A DNA stretch of 62,716 bases, the filler included, from Stramenopiles sp. TOSAG23-6 (lineage: Eukaryota): the NCBI GenBank assembly GCA_900128565.1. It is 20 parts of 20 records of this genome, joined end to end, with 100 filler letters (N's around TTAATTAATTAA, not from the genome) between each part and the next. Parts side by side here need not be neighbours in the genome. Positions count along the whole stretch, not along the records: positions 50,299 to 53,329 come from LT637691.1; positions 53,430 to 56,459 come from LT637692.1; positions 56,560 to 59,588 come from LT637693.1; positions 59,689 to 62,716 come from LT637694.1; 16 more parts are not named here. One strand, 5' to 3'. Each line of letters opens with the position of its first letter. Within the stretch, counting starts at the first letter, position 1. Of the stretch, positions 50,360 through 62,626 are shown piece after piece. Both the position numbers and the translations under genes were made by a program. The notes beneath the pieces were generated by a model. That model did no database searches. It saw only the letters and a program-made list of their open reading frames with translations, and was not told the DNA's origin.

Positions 50360-52217
50360 GCTTGTAGATTAAAATCGCTATTTTTGGAATGCAGTGAAAA
50401 TGATATGAGTGAATTAGAGGTAGATAATAACGAAGCGTTTTTTATGGGTGTAGCATTTTGTGGTGTCGCAGGAGAAACTAGTGAAAGTAACAATCCTCAA
50501 AATAATTATAATACACTAGAAAAGCGCCGATTTCGTGTATTAAAGAGTTGTTGTGGAATCATGTTATATATATTAGGAAAAGATCAGTATCATCATCGTG
50601 CTAGACATATGCTAGCCTTTGGGATTCGTAATGGTCGAGTATTGGCAGAAACCGCTGGAATTTCTTCATCAATTGTAGAAAAATTTGGTTTAGATCAAGC
50701 TGTTGAAATTTATTCACCTTTATTTGAACGTTCAAAACTTAGGCAAATTGTTGCTGTATGGATTCATGTACGTTTATTTTCCTATACATTTTCCTATACA
50801 TTTTTTTTATTATTTTTGTTTTTTCGTAAAAACATTTTGTACTTAACATTTGTTTTTTACCAAAAAAAAATATTATTTCACAGTATAGGATACTACTGCT
50901 ACTGGTTTTTTTGCATTGGAAAAACATCAAGCAAAATATGATTACTTGCGTAATAAGTACGTAACAACGTATATAAATATGTTGTGTAAACAAGATCCAA
51001 TAAAATGTCTTGTCCGTCTTGCTTCTCTTCAGAAAAATATCATGAACAAAACTTTCATGTCTTCTGAATCGAATCAAAATCTTCGAAAGTTGTGGTTGGA
51101 TTCTGTTTTTGTTGCCCGACTGAGTGTACTTGCACGTACTTTACCGACTAAAGAATCCAAAGTAATATCGAGGCTTTATGGTACGAATACAGCAGACACT
51201 CTTGCACAAGAATCTTTTGAGTTTCATAATAATAATGAAAAAGATGAAAAATTAGAAATTGTATATTCTTTATACATTTCCATCCTAAAGTCAACACATA
51301 TATTTAACCAAAGTCGCCGAATTATCCATGCAGATGTTTATATTTCCGATTTACCCGGTGTTTCTGCAATGTATCAAAAGATGAAAATAGAAAAAGAAGA
51401 ACGAAAACATAATGAATTAGTTCAAGCCGCAGAGCTTCTACTAGTTGGATTTTATGTAGGGTATAGAATGAAGTCATATTCTAAAATATTAACTAGCAAA
51501 GATTCTCTTGTTCAAGTACGTCTTTTTTGTGAAAACAAATGGCCTGAACAATTAAGCGGTGGAAGAGGGAAATGGATAAAATTATCAATGTCATACAAAT
51601 ATCCAGAGTTAGTCAAACCAACTGTACAAGGGTCAAAAATAAAAAATAAACAAGAAAAGAAAGTCAATGATACTCTATCAAATAAACAAGAAAAGAAAGT
51701 CAATGATACTCTATCAAATAAACACGAAAAGGAAGTCAATGATACTCNATCAAATAAACAAGAAGTCAATGATACTCTATCAAATAAACAAGAAAAGAAA
51801 GTCAATGATACTCAATCAAATAGTTTAGTTTTTAAAAGTAAGTTAAATAAAAACACTAATAATGCGGATGATGAAGCAACATTATCATGTGATGAAGGTT
51901 CGAAATCTGGTTGTACGAACTCAATTTTAAATTTACCAAGTGCTACCCCTCAGATTGCGATTGTACCAATTGCCAAGGATGATGTAGTTATTTGTGATGC
52001 TCAGAAAGACTCAGAAAAAGATGAAGTCAATGATAGTATGATTATAGAGGAAGAAGTTCCAAAAATGACGGATAGTACTACTAATTCACTACTTTGTGAT
52101 TCTAACCCAAATAACTTGAAATTAAAATCTCAGGCTGAAAAAGAATACAAAATTAGTGAAAATACAAAACTTTCGTGTAATAATAATATAATTACAACGA
52201 GTACTGTACCAATGTAA
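50360..52217 (+). CDS. hypothetical protein, last two exons (50360-50767, 50889-52217)
   Basis: ORFs join in frame through family intron 50768-50888 ending GTATAG. Confidence 0.6.
51645..51818 (+). repeat. coding 33-bp tandem repeat (NKQEKKVNDTLS)
   Basis: About 5 copies of AAATAAACAAGAAAAGAAAGTCAATGATACTCTATC-like units. Confidence 0.85.
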
Positions 52218-52570
52218 TAAACTCTTTTTTACTGTTTACTTTACTGTAATAAATATAAATAGACGACGTTTTTATTGTTTCAATTTCGAATGTTTTTTTT
52301 TCTTTGATCCCAGAAAAGATGGAAAAAGCTAAAGAACTAGACGAATTAAGAAGATTTCCCTCCATATCTACCTTCGAAATATTTTTTGAGTTTAGTCAGT
52401 TTTAGTGATGTCCATATCCAGGACCTGGTGAAGAGAAATTCTAAAAAAAAAAAAAAGAATTTCGAAATTTTCGATTTGAGATTTTCGTTTCAAAAGTCAA
52501 AATAATGTCGATCCGGGGCCGCTGCTGGCACACCATATCCGAAAAATAAAATTGAAATATCCAAAGAAGA

Positions 52571-53263
52571 ATGTTCTTGCGATTCAATGTGCTCGTTTAT
52601 ACTTCCTTAATATTGAGTGCTCAATATGTAGCTGAATGTGCAGCTATGCCAAAGAAAGCTCGGCGTCATCGGCAATTTGAAATAAATAATGATGAAGACC
52701 TTGGCTTTGAAGATGAAGATGATGATGATGACTGGGGTGAAGATTGGATAGAACCTGAAAAGTCTATTGACGTTGTAAACTCTACATTGCCGGATGAAAT
52801 AGAGAAAGCACGTTTATTGTATGATCTTGACTTGACTTCAGATTTTATGTCTTTTGCAAATAATGATGGTGAGTATGATAAGGAACTCAGTTTTCGAGAG
52901 AAACAGTTACCTCGTTACATGAAGTGGGCAAAAAAACACGGTGCAATTATAAACCCTAATGTTGACTTGAGTAGGATCGATAACTTTAGAAGTCTTGGAG
53001 TAAAAGCGACGGGCAGTATAGATGCGGGTGAAGAAATTTTCTTTATTCCAAATATTTTACATATGGGTGTTAAAAAAGCGCATGAAAGCGAACTTAATGA
53101 AGCTTTAATGTCACCCATTGCTCAATATGATGAAGAATATCTGACAAAACATTTTGCATTGATGGTATATTTGATACATAATCGATCTCTTGGCAAATCG
53201 TCTTTCTTTGGACCATTTATAAGGACAATTCCGCGTTCCTATCCTAATCATCCGCTGTTTTAT
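52571..53263 (+). CDS. SET-domain lysine methyltransferase (SETD3/Rubisco-LSMT-like) with signal-like N-terminus, 3' partial
   Basis: W.KKHGA, LGVKATGSIDAGEEIFFIP, LMVYLI....S.FGPFI..IP..Y..PLF. Confidence 0.75.
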
Positions 53264-53429
53264 GTATGTTTTATTTTTTTTTCAATTCGAAGTTTTTTTC
53301 GTACGAAATTTTGTACCTAACGATTTTTTNNNNNNNNNNNNNNNNNNNNNNNNNNNNNNNNNNNNNNNNNNNNTTAATTAATTAANNNNNNNNNNNNNNN
53401 NNNNNNNNNNNNNNNNNNNNNNNNNNNNN

Positions 53430-55369
53430 TTTTGGAGTCAATTAAACAATAACAAACAAGGTGGAATGATTCCTCCTTGTGGTGTTGTTCCTTTTAGTGT
53501 ACGTTAAAAAAAAAAAAAAAAAAAAAAATTAAACATACATTGTATCACAATCAACCACGTAATCATCATCAACTTCATTTTCAATTTTTTTTTTTCTTCA
53601 TTGTGTCATTTATTTCACAAATATTGTCATTAGGGTTAACCCTATCATTACTTTGTATAGAATGTTTCTCAATAGATGTATCAATGTCAAAAGATGCCAC
53701 AAAAGTGTCTTTTTTGTCATTTTTGTCTGTTTGTATTTCGTGTTTTTTTTTATCTTTGTCTGGAATGGATAAATTCTGTTTTGTTGATATTTCGTGTTTT
53801 TTGTTGTTTGCATTGAAATCATTATAATGAAGCCATCGTGGGCATGCTGAACATATCCGATATGGTGTATCATTTTGAATTTCTATTCGAGCAACTAAAT
53901 TATTATACGCAAAACAACGAACATATATTTTAAGAAAATATTTTTTCCAAAAAAAAAAAAAAATTTTGTTAGGTACAAAATTTCGTATGAAAATATATTT
54001 TGAAAAAATATTTTTTCCAAAAAAAAAAAAATTTTTGTTAGGTACAAATTTTTCATAGTAAACAATAAAAAAAAAATGTACTATGGAATACATCAAACCA
54101 AATTATGAGAAAATTAAAAATTAAAAATTTAAAAAAAAAAAAAAATCCATAATTTTTGTTAGGTACAAATTTTACTATGAAAAATATAATGTAAAAAAAA
54201 AACGTACATGATGTTTGTATACAGAATGTGTACATTGTTTTGTACCATTTTCTTGACCTAATACATTAGGGTTAGGGTTACATGGAAGTACTGTAGAATT
54301 TGAAAAACATAATTCTAAAAAAAATGCAAAAGATAAATTCCATTCCAATCCATTTAAACACACTGTAGGCAAGACGTTCTTCTGACATTTCGTGCAATAT
54401 GAATTTTAAAAAAAATATTTAAAAAAAAAAAAAAATTTTGTTAGGTATGAAATTTGCTACGAAAAAAAAATTAAAATTTGAAATTAAAATTTGAAATTAA
54501 AATCACATACAAGACCATGTAATTATCGTATTGCGTATAGAAACAGGTTTGTCCAGAGGATCGACTGCGATGTGAACTCTAGTATTCCCTCTTGCATAGT
54601 AATGTCTGTGCTCAAAACATTTTTTTTTGCACAGTTTATCACCACATAATTGAATATATACAGTGAAATAATATTTAAAATTTTATTTTTGTATTAGGTA
54701 CGAAAATCTCTAGGAAAAAAAAAAATTTTTTAAAATTAAAATTTTTAAAATTAAAATTTTTAAAATTAAAATTAAAATTTTTTTTTGTTAGGTACGAAAT
54801 TTACTATGAAAATTATTATTATTATTTTTTTTTTTGTGAGATGGAAACAAACTTTACGTGACGATCCTCTAGAGCTCGAACCAACTAAACCTGCCGCAGC
54901 GGCTAACTCTCGCGAAGGATTTGATCCATTTCGTGACGAAAAAATTCTTTCCCCAAAGCAGTTTTGTAACAAATATGGTTTGTAAAAAAATATTTCAAAT
55001 ATTTCAAATATTTTTGTTAGGTACAAAAAAAAAAAAAATTCGAAATTTTTTTTTTTTGTACAAAAATAATAAAAAAATACATTCACCAATGGTGACGTCA
55101 TTTCCCATATAGCATTGTACTGATTTAACTTCAGGTGGATGGCATTGTGCTTCTTCTGCTGGAATATTACGTTTTAGACAACATTGAGCATATTTAATTA
55201 TAGAGTGTAAATTATTTTCATTTTTTTCAAAAAACATTTTTTTTGTATTTTTTGTATTTTTTGTATTTTTTGTATTTTTATCATTATTTCGTGTATTTAG
55301 TGTTAAACTAGTAGCATCAGCAATATCACTTGTACTACAACTTCTACTTCTCATCAAGCGAGGCTTGAG

Positions 55370-55412
<43 letters not shown>

Positions 55413-56300
55413 GAATTTTCATTATTTTTTGATAAAGACACGAAATCATTATTTTCTAAATGACTATTCAAATGTTTAGTATTTCGTGTTGAATCAAAGC
55501 TACCTGATAAAATTGAATCAATTGCGTTTGCACATCCTAAAACACGAAATTCACCAAATTCTCGAAATAATTCTTTAAACACTCGTTGTCGCTCTTTTTC
55601 CCGCTGCATTAATTTTTCACTCACTTCTTTCCCTACCCCGGTACCCGGTGCACTACTTAAATGACTGAATTGATTTTTTTCTTCCAAAAATTTTGGACTT
55701 AAAAAATCTCGATGAAATGAAGTGTTAGGGTTAGGGCTATTAGGGTTAGGGGTAGTTGAATCATATCCTAATAATAAAGAATCAATCGGTGAATTTCGTT
55801 GGGAATTGTTTGTACTTAATTTTGTACTTAAATGATATATATGGTTGGATGTTTTTGAAGTTTTTGAGGTTTCACCTAATTCGTATAATGAACCACTACT
55901 ACTAGAACGCAAAAAAGGATTTTTTTTTTTTTTCTTTTTTTTTGTGAATATTGTTTTTTCATTGTTTTTTTTTATTTTTTTTGTTTTGTTGTTTTTTTTT
56001 GTTTTGTTGTTTTTCATTGTTTTGTTGTTTTTGTTGTTTTTGTTTTTTTTCATTGTTTTGTATTTGTTGTTGTTTTTCATTGTTTTGTATTTTTTGTTGT
56101 TTTTCATTGTTTTGTATTTTTTGTATTTTTGGTTTTCGTAATAAATCAAGAATTTGTCTTTTTCGTGTTTTTTCTACAATATTTTCATTTTTATCAACTA
56201 TACAAAAATCCAAACGTGAAGTACTCTGAGAATGTTGACGACCAATGCCACGTGTCAATAATTTACGAAAACTTCTAGCCCTGGATTATTCGACAATACT
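53430..56300 (-). CDS. FAB1: FAB1/PIKfyve-like PtdIns3P 5-kinase, internal exons (conserved CCR region)
   Basis: Spliced: CHPPEVKSVQCYMGNDVTIGEYLLQNCF; C...CFEHRHYYARG..RVHI.V; WSYCTKC...P....WNLSFAFFLELCF; CTHSV..H. Confidence 0.75.
54399..54510 (-). other. GT-AT intron (family member)
   Basis: TGG TCT T|GTATG...CATACCTAAC...AAAATTCAT|AT TGC restores WSYC. Confidence 0.85.
54975..55080 (-). other. GT-AT intron (family member)
   Basis: GAA T|GTATT...GTACCTAAC...ACAAACCAT|AT TTG gives IGEYLLQNCF. Confidence 0.8.
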
Positions 56301-56345
56301 TTCAAAGAAAAAATAATTGTTAGGTATGAAATTTCGTACGAAACC

Positions 56346-56376
<31 letters not shown>

Positions 56377-56652
56377 ACTATAAAAAATTTTTAAAAAAAA
56401 TTTAAAAAAAAAATTTAAAAAAAAATTTAAAAAAAAATTTAAAAAAAAATTTAAAAAAANNNNNNNNNNNNNNNNNNNNNNNNNNNNNNNNNNNNNNNNN
56501 NNNTTAATTAATTAANNNNNNNNNNNNNNNNNNNNNNNNNNNNNNNNNNNNNNNNNNNNCATCTGAAGAACACATGAAAAGAAGACGGCAAGAAACGAAG
56601 AATCTTTAGAAGAGCATAGAGCTGCTGCAAGAAACAACCAGTAGAAACAATA

Positions 56653-57580
56653 ATGTTTTCCCGTGTATCATCTCGGGTTGTTGCTAATTTATCAGCGACT
56701 CATACATCTGGTATCCATCCAATTGGAATGTTGCCTCTGGGTTTCATGCGTTCGCAAACCATTTGTTCAGCTTTTACGAGGGGATTTAGCGCGTATGCTC
56801 GAAAATCAAACGGTTGGTGAATCACTTGTCGGAGGTTCTGCTATTTTAGGAGTTGGAGCTCTTTGTTACTATGGTGCTGGGCTCGGTTCGCAAGCTGGTG
56901 CAATCGACACGGCCCAATTTTGGCCAGCTTTTGCGCGTGAACGTGTATCATCTACTTTCACAGCATTTGGTGCTGGCATTGCTATGACTGCAGCACAAGC
57001 ATATGCTATCTACCAATCTGGATTTGCAGCGCGTATGATGAGAATGAGCCCTTGGGTTGTGCTTGGCGGTACTTTAGTGGCTTGCATTGGAAGTCAAGTC
57101 CTAGTTCATTCTGTGAGTTATGAAAATAAGTTTCTCAAATTTTGTGCATATTCTCTCTTCACTGGATGTACTGCAGCAATGATAAGTCCTATTGTTGGTC
57201 TCGGTGGCGCTATTGTTTACAAAGCAGCTGCTTATACTTCAGTGGTTGTAGGTTCAATGTGTGCTGTTGCAGCTTGTGCTCCAAGTGACAAATTTCTCTA
57301 TATGGGAGGACCTCTTGCGTGTGGTCTTGGTATTGTTGTTTGTGCATCTTTTGGAGGAATGTTTTTCCCTGCTAACGCAATGTTACACAGTATCTCTATG
57401 TATGGAGGTCTTGTTCTTTTCAGTGGATTTGTTCTTTATGACGTACAAAAATTCGTTCATAAAGCTCAAATTCGACAATATTATTATGACCCAGTGAACG
57501 AATGCATAGGTATATATTTAGATACTGTAAATATATTCATCAGAATTGCGTCGATTTTGGGTAATCAAAAAAACAAATAA
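56653..57580 (+). CDS. GHITM: GHITM/MICS1 (Bax inhibitor-1 family) mitochondrial membrane protein; apparent frameshift near 56810
   Basis: GALCYYG, WP...ERV, AAAYT, VAACAPSDKFLYMGGPL, LYDVQK, DPVN..IYLDTVNIFIR; transit-peptide-like MFSRVSSR… lies in a different frame from 56653. Confidence 0.88.
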
Positions 57581-57701
57581 TTATTATTTCTTGTTACTCT
57601 ATATCAAAAATAAAAAAATATTTGCATCCTTTGAAGTTTGTTTTGTAGATTTATTTGTAAAAGCTAAAAAGATGACGTTTTATATGTCACATAAACATAC
57701 C

Positions 57702-59126
57702 CTAATTATACTTTTCCATAAAATTACTATGAAACTTTTTCAGTCTATTCATAACTTCGTCCATCTCATCTTCAGGTGGAAGAAACGTTGTCCGAAAATG
57801 CCATGTACCAGTCTCTTGACCAAATCCTGAACCAGGTACAACAACAATACCAGTATTTTTTAACAATTCCATGCAATAAAACGCATCAGGAGCTACATCA
57901 TCTTTTGCAGCAGCTACACACGCTTTCGTAGGAATAGTAATTCTAGGAAAAGCATACATTGCACCATCACTTTTATTGCATGATACGCCATCTAATTCAT
58001 TGAGCTTCTGTGTGACATTAGCAGCACGCTTCTTAAGCGATTTTAATATTGTATCACGTTCAAGTTGATACACTGAAAAAGATGCCTCGCCAGGTTTTGG
58101 TGGATTAACCATAAGACCAGTTGAAAGTTGACCAACCGTATTACTACAAAGTGAAATAGATGCCAGTTTTATCATTTGTTGTTTAACATCGTCATCAAAA
58201 CCATGTACTTCCATATATCCTCCCCGAAGACCACATTCTCCTGAAAAGCCCTTTGACGTAGAATGAAATGAAACTAGCTGAAAATTTTTGTTGTCATCTG
58301 TATAACCCATATCACATGCCACTTTTTTAAATGAACAAAAAGGCCTTGCATCATTCCAAATATTTTCCTGGTACACTTCATCTGCACAAAGAACAAGCTT
58401 CTCCTTGGAACAAAATGTAATAATATCTTTCATGCTCTCTTCGGGAAGTGTTTGGCCAGTTGGATTCCCCGGATTAATCACGACAAGACTTCTCACAGTA
58501 ATGCCATTCTCTCGAGCTGTATCAAGTGAGCTTTGAAGTTTGTCCACTGATAAACCCCATCCTTTATCTTCATTGAGGTAATAGGGAACTAACTTACTCT
58601 CTAGGACTGTAGATAACGCCGAATAAAGTGGGTACTGTGGAATGGGACATAATATACCGTCCTGAAATCCAGAGGTAGGAGGTCTTAATAAAAGTTGCAT
58701 AACCAACTTGACGCCTGCACTTGCCCCATCTGTCAAAAATATATTACACGGGTCAGAATGATGACCATCACGAGTACTGATAAACTTGGCAACCTCATTA
58801 CGTATCACATCTATTCCTTGTGAAGCAGTGTAAGCTCCTATTCCACTCGCAGGTGCAACAGCCGCAAGGTATTTTTCAGCCCGATTGATCGCATCAACCT
58901 GAAACCCAAGAGATTTAGCACGATCAAGCAGAGAAGGACAAATCACGAGTGAAAGAACTTCACGACTAAACGATATAGGCTTTTGCTTCAACGCCTGCGG
59001 GTTACCGATATTACATGCGACGATACTTTCAAAAGGGAGAGAACCTGGTGTTTCCTTCAACTGTTTTTCAAGACGAGTAGCCTCTTCGAGAATGGGACCA
59101 CGGACAGCATACTTTGCCTCGACTAC
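57702..59126 (-). CDS. GPT: alanine aminotransferase (PLP-dependent); N-terminus in gap
   Basis: YAVRGPI, CNIGNPQ, PIPQYPLYSA, INPGNPTG, DEVYQEN, SFHSTSKG, GECGLRGGY, VPGSGFGQ. Confidence 0.93.
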   Translation of the reverse strand, partial: VVEAKYAVRGPILEEATRLEKQLKETPGSLPFESIVACNIGNPQALKQKPISFSREVLSLVICPSLLDRAKSLGFQVDAINRAEKYLAAVAPASGIGAYTASQGIDVIRNEVAKFISTRDGHHSDPCNIFLTDGASAGVKLVMQLLLRPPTSGFQDGILCPIPQYPLYSALSTVLESKLVPYYLNEDKGWGLSVDKLQSSLDTARENGITVRSLVVINPGNPTGQTLPEESMKDIITFCSKEKLVLCADEVYQENIWNDARPFCSFKKVACDMGYTDDNKNFQLVSFHSTSKGFSGECGLRGGYMEVHGFDDDVKQQMIKLASISLCSNTVGQLSTGLMVNPPKPGEASFSVYQLERDTILKSLKKRAANVTQKLNELDGVSCNKSDGAMYAFPRITIPTKACVAAAKDDVAPDAFYCMELLKNTGIVVVPGSGFGQETGTWHFRTTFLPPEDEMDEVMNRLKKFHSNFMEKYN

Positions 59127-59785
59127 NNNNNNNNNNNNNNNNNNNNNNNNNNNNNNNNNNNNNNNNNNNNNNNNNNNNNNNNNNNNNNNNNNNNNNNNNN
59201 NNNNNNNNNNNNNNNNNNNNNNNNNNNNNNNNNNNNNNNNNNNNNNNNNNNNNNNNNNNNNNNNNNNNNNNNNNNNNNNNNNNNNNNNNNNNNNNNNNNN
59301 NNNNNNCGTGATAATCATATATAGAGGGTGGCAAATTTTGTGAAAAAACCCTAACCCTAACATTTCCCTTTGGTTAAAACAACAACAACAAAAAAGACAA
59401 CTTCTCGAACGAACAAACATTAATTAAAAGGAATGATAAATCTTTGAAAATTTCATTCTTCTGGGATGCTCATTCACATCAAGTATAAATGACACATGCT
59501 TTCGTCAAAGAGTATAAAATCACACATAAAATTAATTTCAACTGTTTTTTATAGTTTGATGTTTTTTAAAGCATTTACACTATACAATNNNNNNNNNNNN
59601 NNNNNNNNNNNNNNNNNNNNNNNNNNNNNNNNTTAATTAATTAANNNNNNNNNNNNNNNNNNNNNNNNNNNNNNNNNNNNNNNNNNNNCTGTGAAAAAAT
59701 ATTTCAAAAAAAAAAAAAAAAAAAAATTGTTAGGTACAAAATTTTGTACGAAAAAAAAAATCTGAAATTCATGATGAAAACGTAC

Positions 59786-60846
59786 ATTTTATTTGGAGTG
59801 AGCTGAAGAGCACGAGATCGAGCTTGTATGCGTTGTGAAAAAATATTCTTTGAATAAAAAAAAACGTTAGGTACGAAACATTTGGATTAGACACAAAAAA
59901 AATATTTGAAATTGATTTAAAAAAAAACTCCTTAGGTACAAAATTTCGTATGAAATGTTGTTTTGAAATTGCTGATAAAAACGTACATGCGTTGTGGACA
60001 GAAATCACTTTCAGTCGTATGTACAACTGTTTTAATTGGACTGTTATTTGCTTCAATTTTTCCAGCAATATTTGTATTAATTGCGTTTATGCGCCATTCG
60101 CGTTCCCTAGCTTCAAGACTAGAAGTAAAGGCCGTTGAGGCTCGCCGTCGCTTCAATCGAACATCTGACGGCGGTAGTCGATAGTCAACGTCAAAGATCC
60201 GTTGCTGACGGAGCCGCTCTGCTTCAAAAAGTAAACGAGTATCTACAGGAAATGCATTTTTCGTTTTATTTGACGCTTTATTTATCTGTGTACGAGCATC
60301 GGGAGTTGTGGTACATTGGCGTTTATTTCTGTTTCTCTGTGAGCATCGCTGCGCTTCATGAGCATTGAGACGACGAATGACTTTATGCCACTCCTTTTTA
60401 TCTGCCGAACTTTCGGGCGGTCTGTACGTATTTCGAGAATTCGTTGTAACAAGTAATGCAGGTGTACGATAGGTTATACCGCATCCATGGCAGCAATGTA
60501 TAAAGACGTCTTTGGTGCCCGAGATTGGAGTAAAAGTTCTTTCCTTTGCCGATCCGCGACCACGCTGACCTATTGATGTGCCACGTTTGCGTGGTGGTGG
60601 AGGAGGTGCTTGTTCCCTATGCATATTTTTTGGATGTTCCAATTTCACATTCCTGGAAATATTTGATCCATTATAATTTTTGGATCCTTCAAATGGTTCC
60701 TTCATATCATACTGCCCCGTTGAAATGTTACTTTGAAAGAATCTACTCGAAGAAGAAGGCCTTGTACTACTACGCATCATAGTAGGTTGGGAAACCCTCA
60801 TATTAGATTGAGAAGTCTCGCGGTACCCATGATGTGGCGCATGCAT
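59786..60846 (-). CDS. hypothetical basic protein, first exons (including a 42-nt exon 59786-59827)
   Basis: 304 aa ORF continued in frame across intron 59828-59986. Confidence 0.55.
59828..59986 (-). other. GT-AT intron with 10-nt direct repeat and two branch modules
   Basis: CACAACGCAT|GTACG...CACAACGCAT|ACAAGC. Confidence 0.7.
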
Positions 60847-61227
60847 TGTCGTAGATCGACCAATAATAGGAATGTATTTGTGTTGCTGAGTTGTTTTGCT
60901 TTTGCTCGAAAATAATGTAATTTGATTTGATTTGATTTCACGTGAATAGACACAAAGGTCAAAAGGAGAGCGATTTTGCTACCATAATAAAAAAAAGTAG
61001 CAGATATCGATGTTCGAATATATGACATTTTCGAAAAATACTACGGAAATTTCTACTTGATGGAGATTTTCGGTGCATTTTTGGTGTTGTCAATCCAATT
61101 ATCTCTCAAATGAGTCAAATCTGAAAATTTAATGATTGAATCGACTTTGCTTTGTTGAATCACGCACGGAAAGAAAAAATGATTCAGAAGCAACATGTGT
61201 TAAGTATATGATTGAGCAATTACTGAA

Positions 61228-62626
61228 ATGGCCCGACCTAGAAAACTAAGCTTTCAACATGCAGTGGAATCAGAGATCGATTTTCTATTGGAGCAGCAGT
61301 ACTATAAGCAAATACATTTCTGTCACGATAATCCTCCACTTGTCAATCTGAAGTGGAATAAAGAGATACGGTGGAATCCAGATGATAGAACAATAGTATG
61401 TGTATGTGCAAATCCAAATTATTTATTCTACGCTCCTATGGCAATAACAATTGTCGTTCCCTTTGAACAAATGCAAGTTCCTCTTTGTTTTAGTGTAATC
61501 AATGGCCATGAGACTACTCAAAGATTACGAGTCAATGAAGTTTTAATAAAACAATTAAATGATGAATTAAGGAGTGACACATCGGAATCTATATCCTCTA
61601 TACGTGTAGTTGGACTAATCACGGAACTCATAGAAAAATATCAAAATACTTTATGGCCACCTGTACCAACTAAGACTGAACAAAAACGTGCTCTATGGGA
61701 ATGTGTTTGTCGCGAGTTAGTTCAACTTGAAAACCCAGGTATTGGTATTGAAAACACAATCAATGAGTGGGATATTTTAATTACATTGTTTTCTGCAGCA
61801 CTGTATTCATCACGGCGTTCTTCTCTCTGTGACCCATGTACGTTTTCATTTCAATTTTGAATTTTTTTTTTTTTTATAAAAATTTTGTACCTAACAAATT
61901 TTAGTTTTTTTTTTTCGAAATATTTTTTCATAATCCATTCCCAAGAACTAAAAGTTTCAGAGACCAGAATAATAATTGTTTGTACCAGTCAGCTTTTGAT
62001 GCTTTTTTAAATCTTCCAAGTCTGCAAACTATTTTACAGTGTGTTAAAAGTTCAAAAATATCTAGAATATCAGGAGATGACGAAACGAAAAACAGTGGGA
62101 TTGACTGTCTGTTGACTTTACCTCAGTTGGAACTTTTACAATGGATCATTGGAGGATTTGCTTTTTGTGGTATGAGACTCAGAAAAAAAAAAAAAAAACA
62201 TTCCAATTTTAAACAACCTTTAGTGACTGAAGAATATACAATACACTACACTTCAGCGGATCCACCAATGTTTACAAAACTTGAAGAACAATATGGAACA
62301 GTGACTGCATTCCACGGAACTCATATAGAAAATGTTTTCAGTGTACTGACTCATGGATTGAAGAGTATGTCTGGGACAAAATTTCAGCGTACCGGTGCTG
62401 CATTTGGCACAGGTGTATATCTTGCTGGTGATGTAACTGTTGCATCTAACTTTTCATTTAGCGGATCTCGGATTTGGGCTCAATCGAAATCAAATTCATC
62501 AGCTTGGAAAAGTTCTTTTAATAATTATAGTAAGAGTGATGATGGTACTGTTAGTGGTACTATTTTAGATGCACACGTCCCACCGAAACCAACTACATTT
62601 AGATGTGTTTTTGTTTGTAGTGTTAT
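61228..62626 (+). CDS. mono-ADP-ribosyltransferase, PARP16/PARP6-8-like, 3' partial
   Basis: LFSAALYSSRR..LCDPFP; AFHGTHIENVFSVL..GL; AAFGTGVYLA......FS. Confidence 0.85.
61838..61938 (+). other. GT-AT intron (family member)
   Basis: CCA T|GTACG...TGTACCTAAC...CATAATCCAT|TC CCA gives DPFP, in frame with ORF 61980. Confidence 0.85.

Noticed and set aside
55370-55411. (CAA)n and 9-bp microsatellites (also 16451-16497, 47667-47722, 35006-35095)
   Set aside because: Ordinary slippage-derived low-complexity coding repeats.
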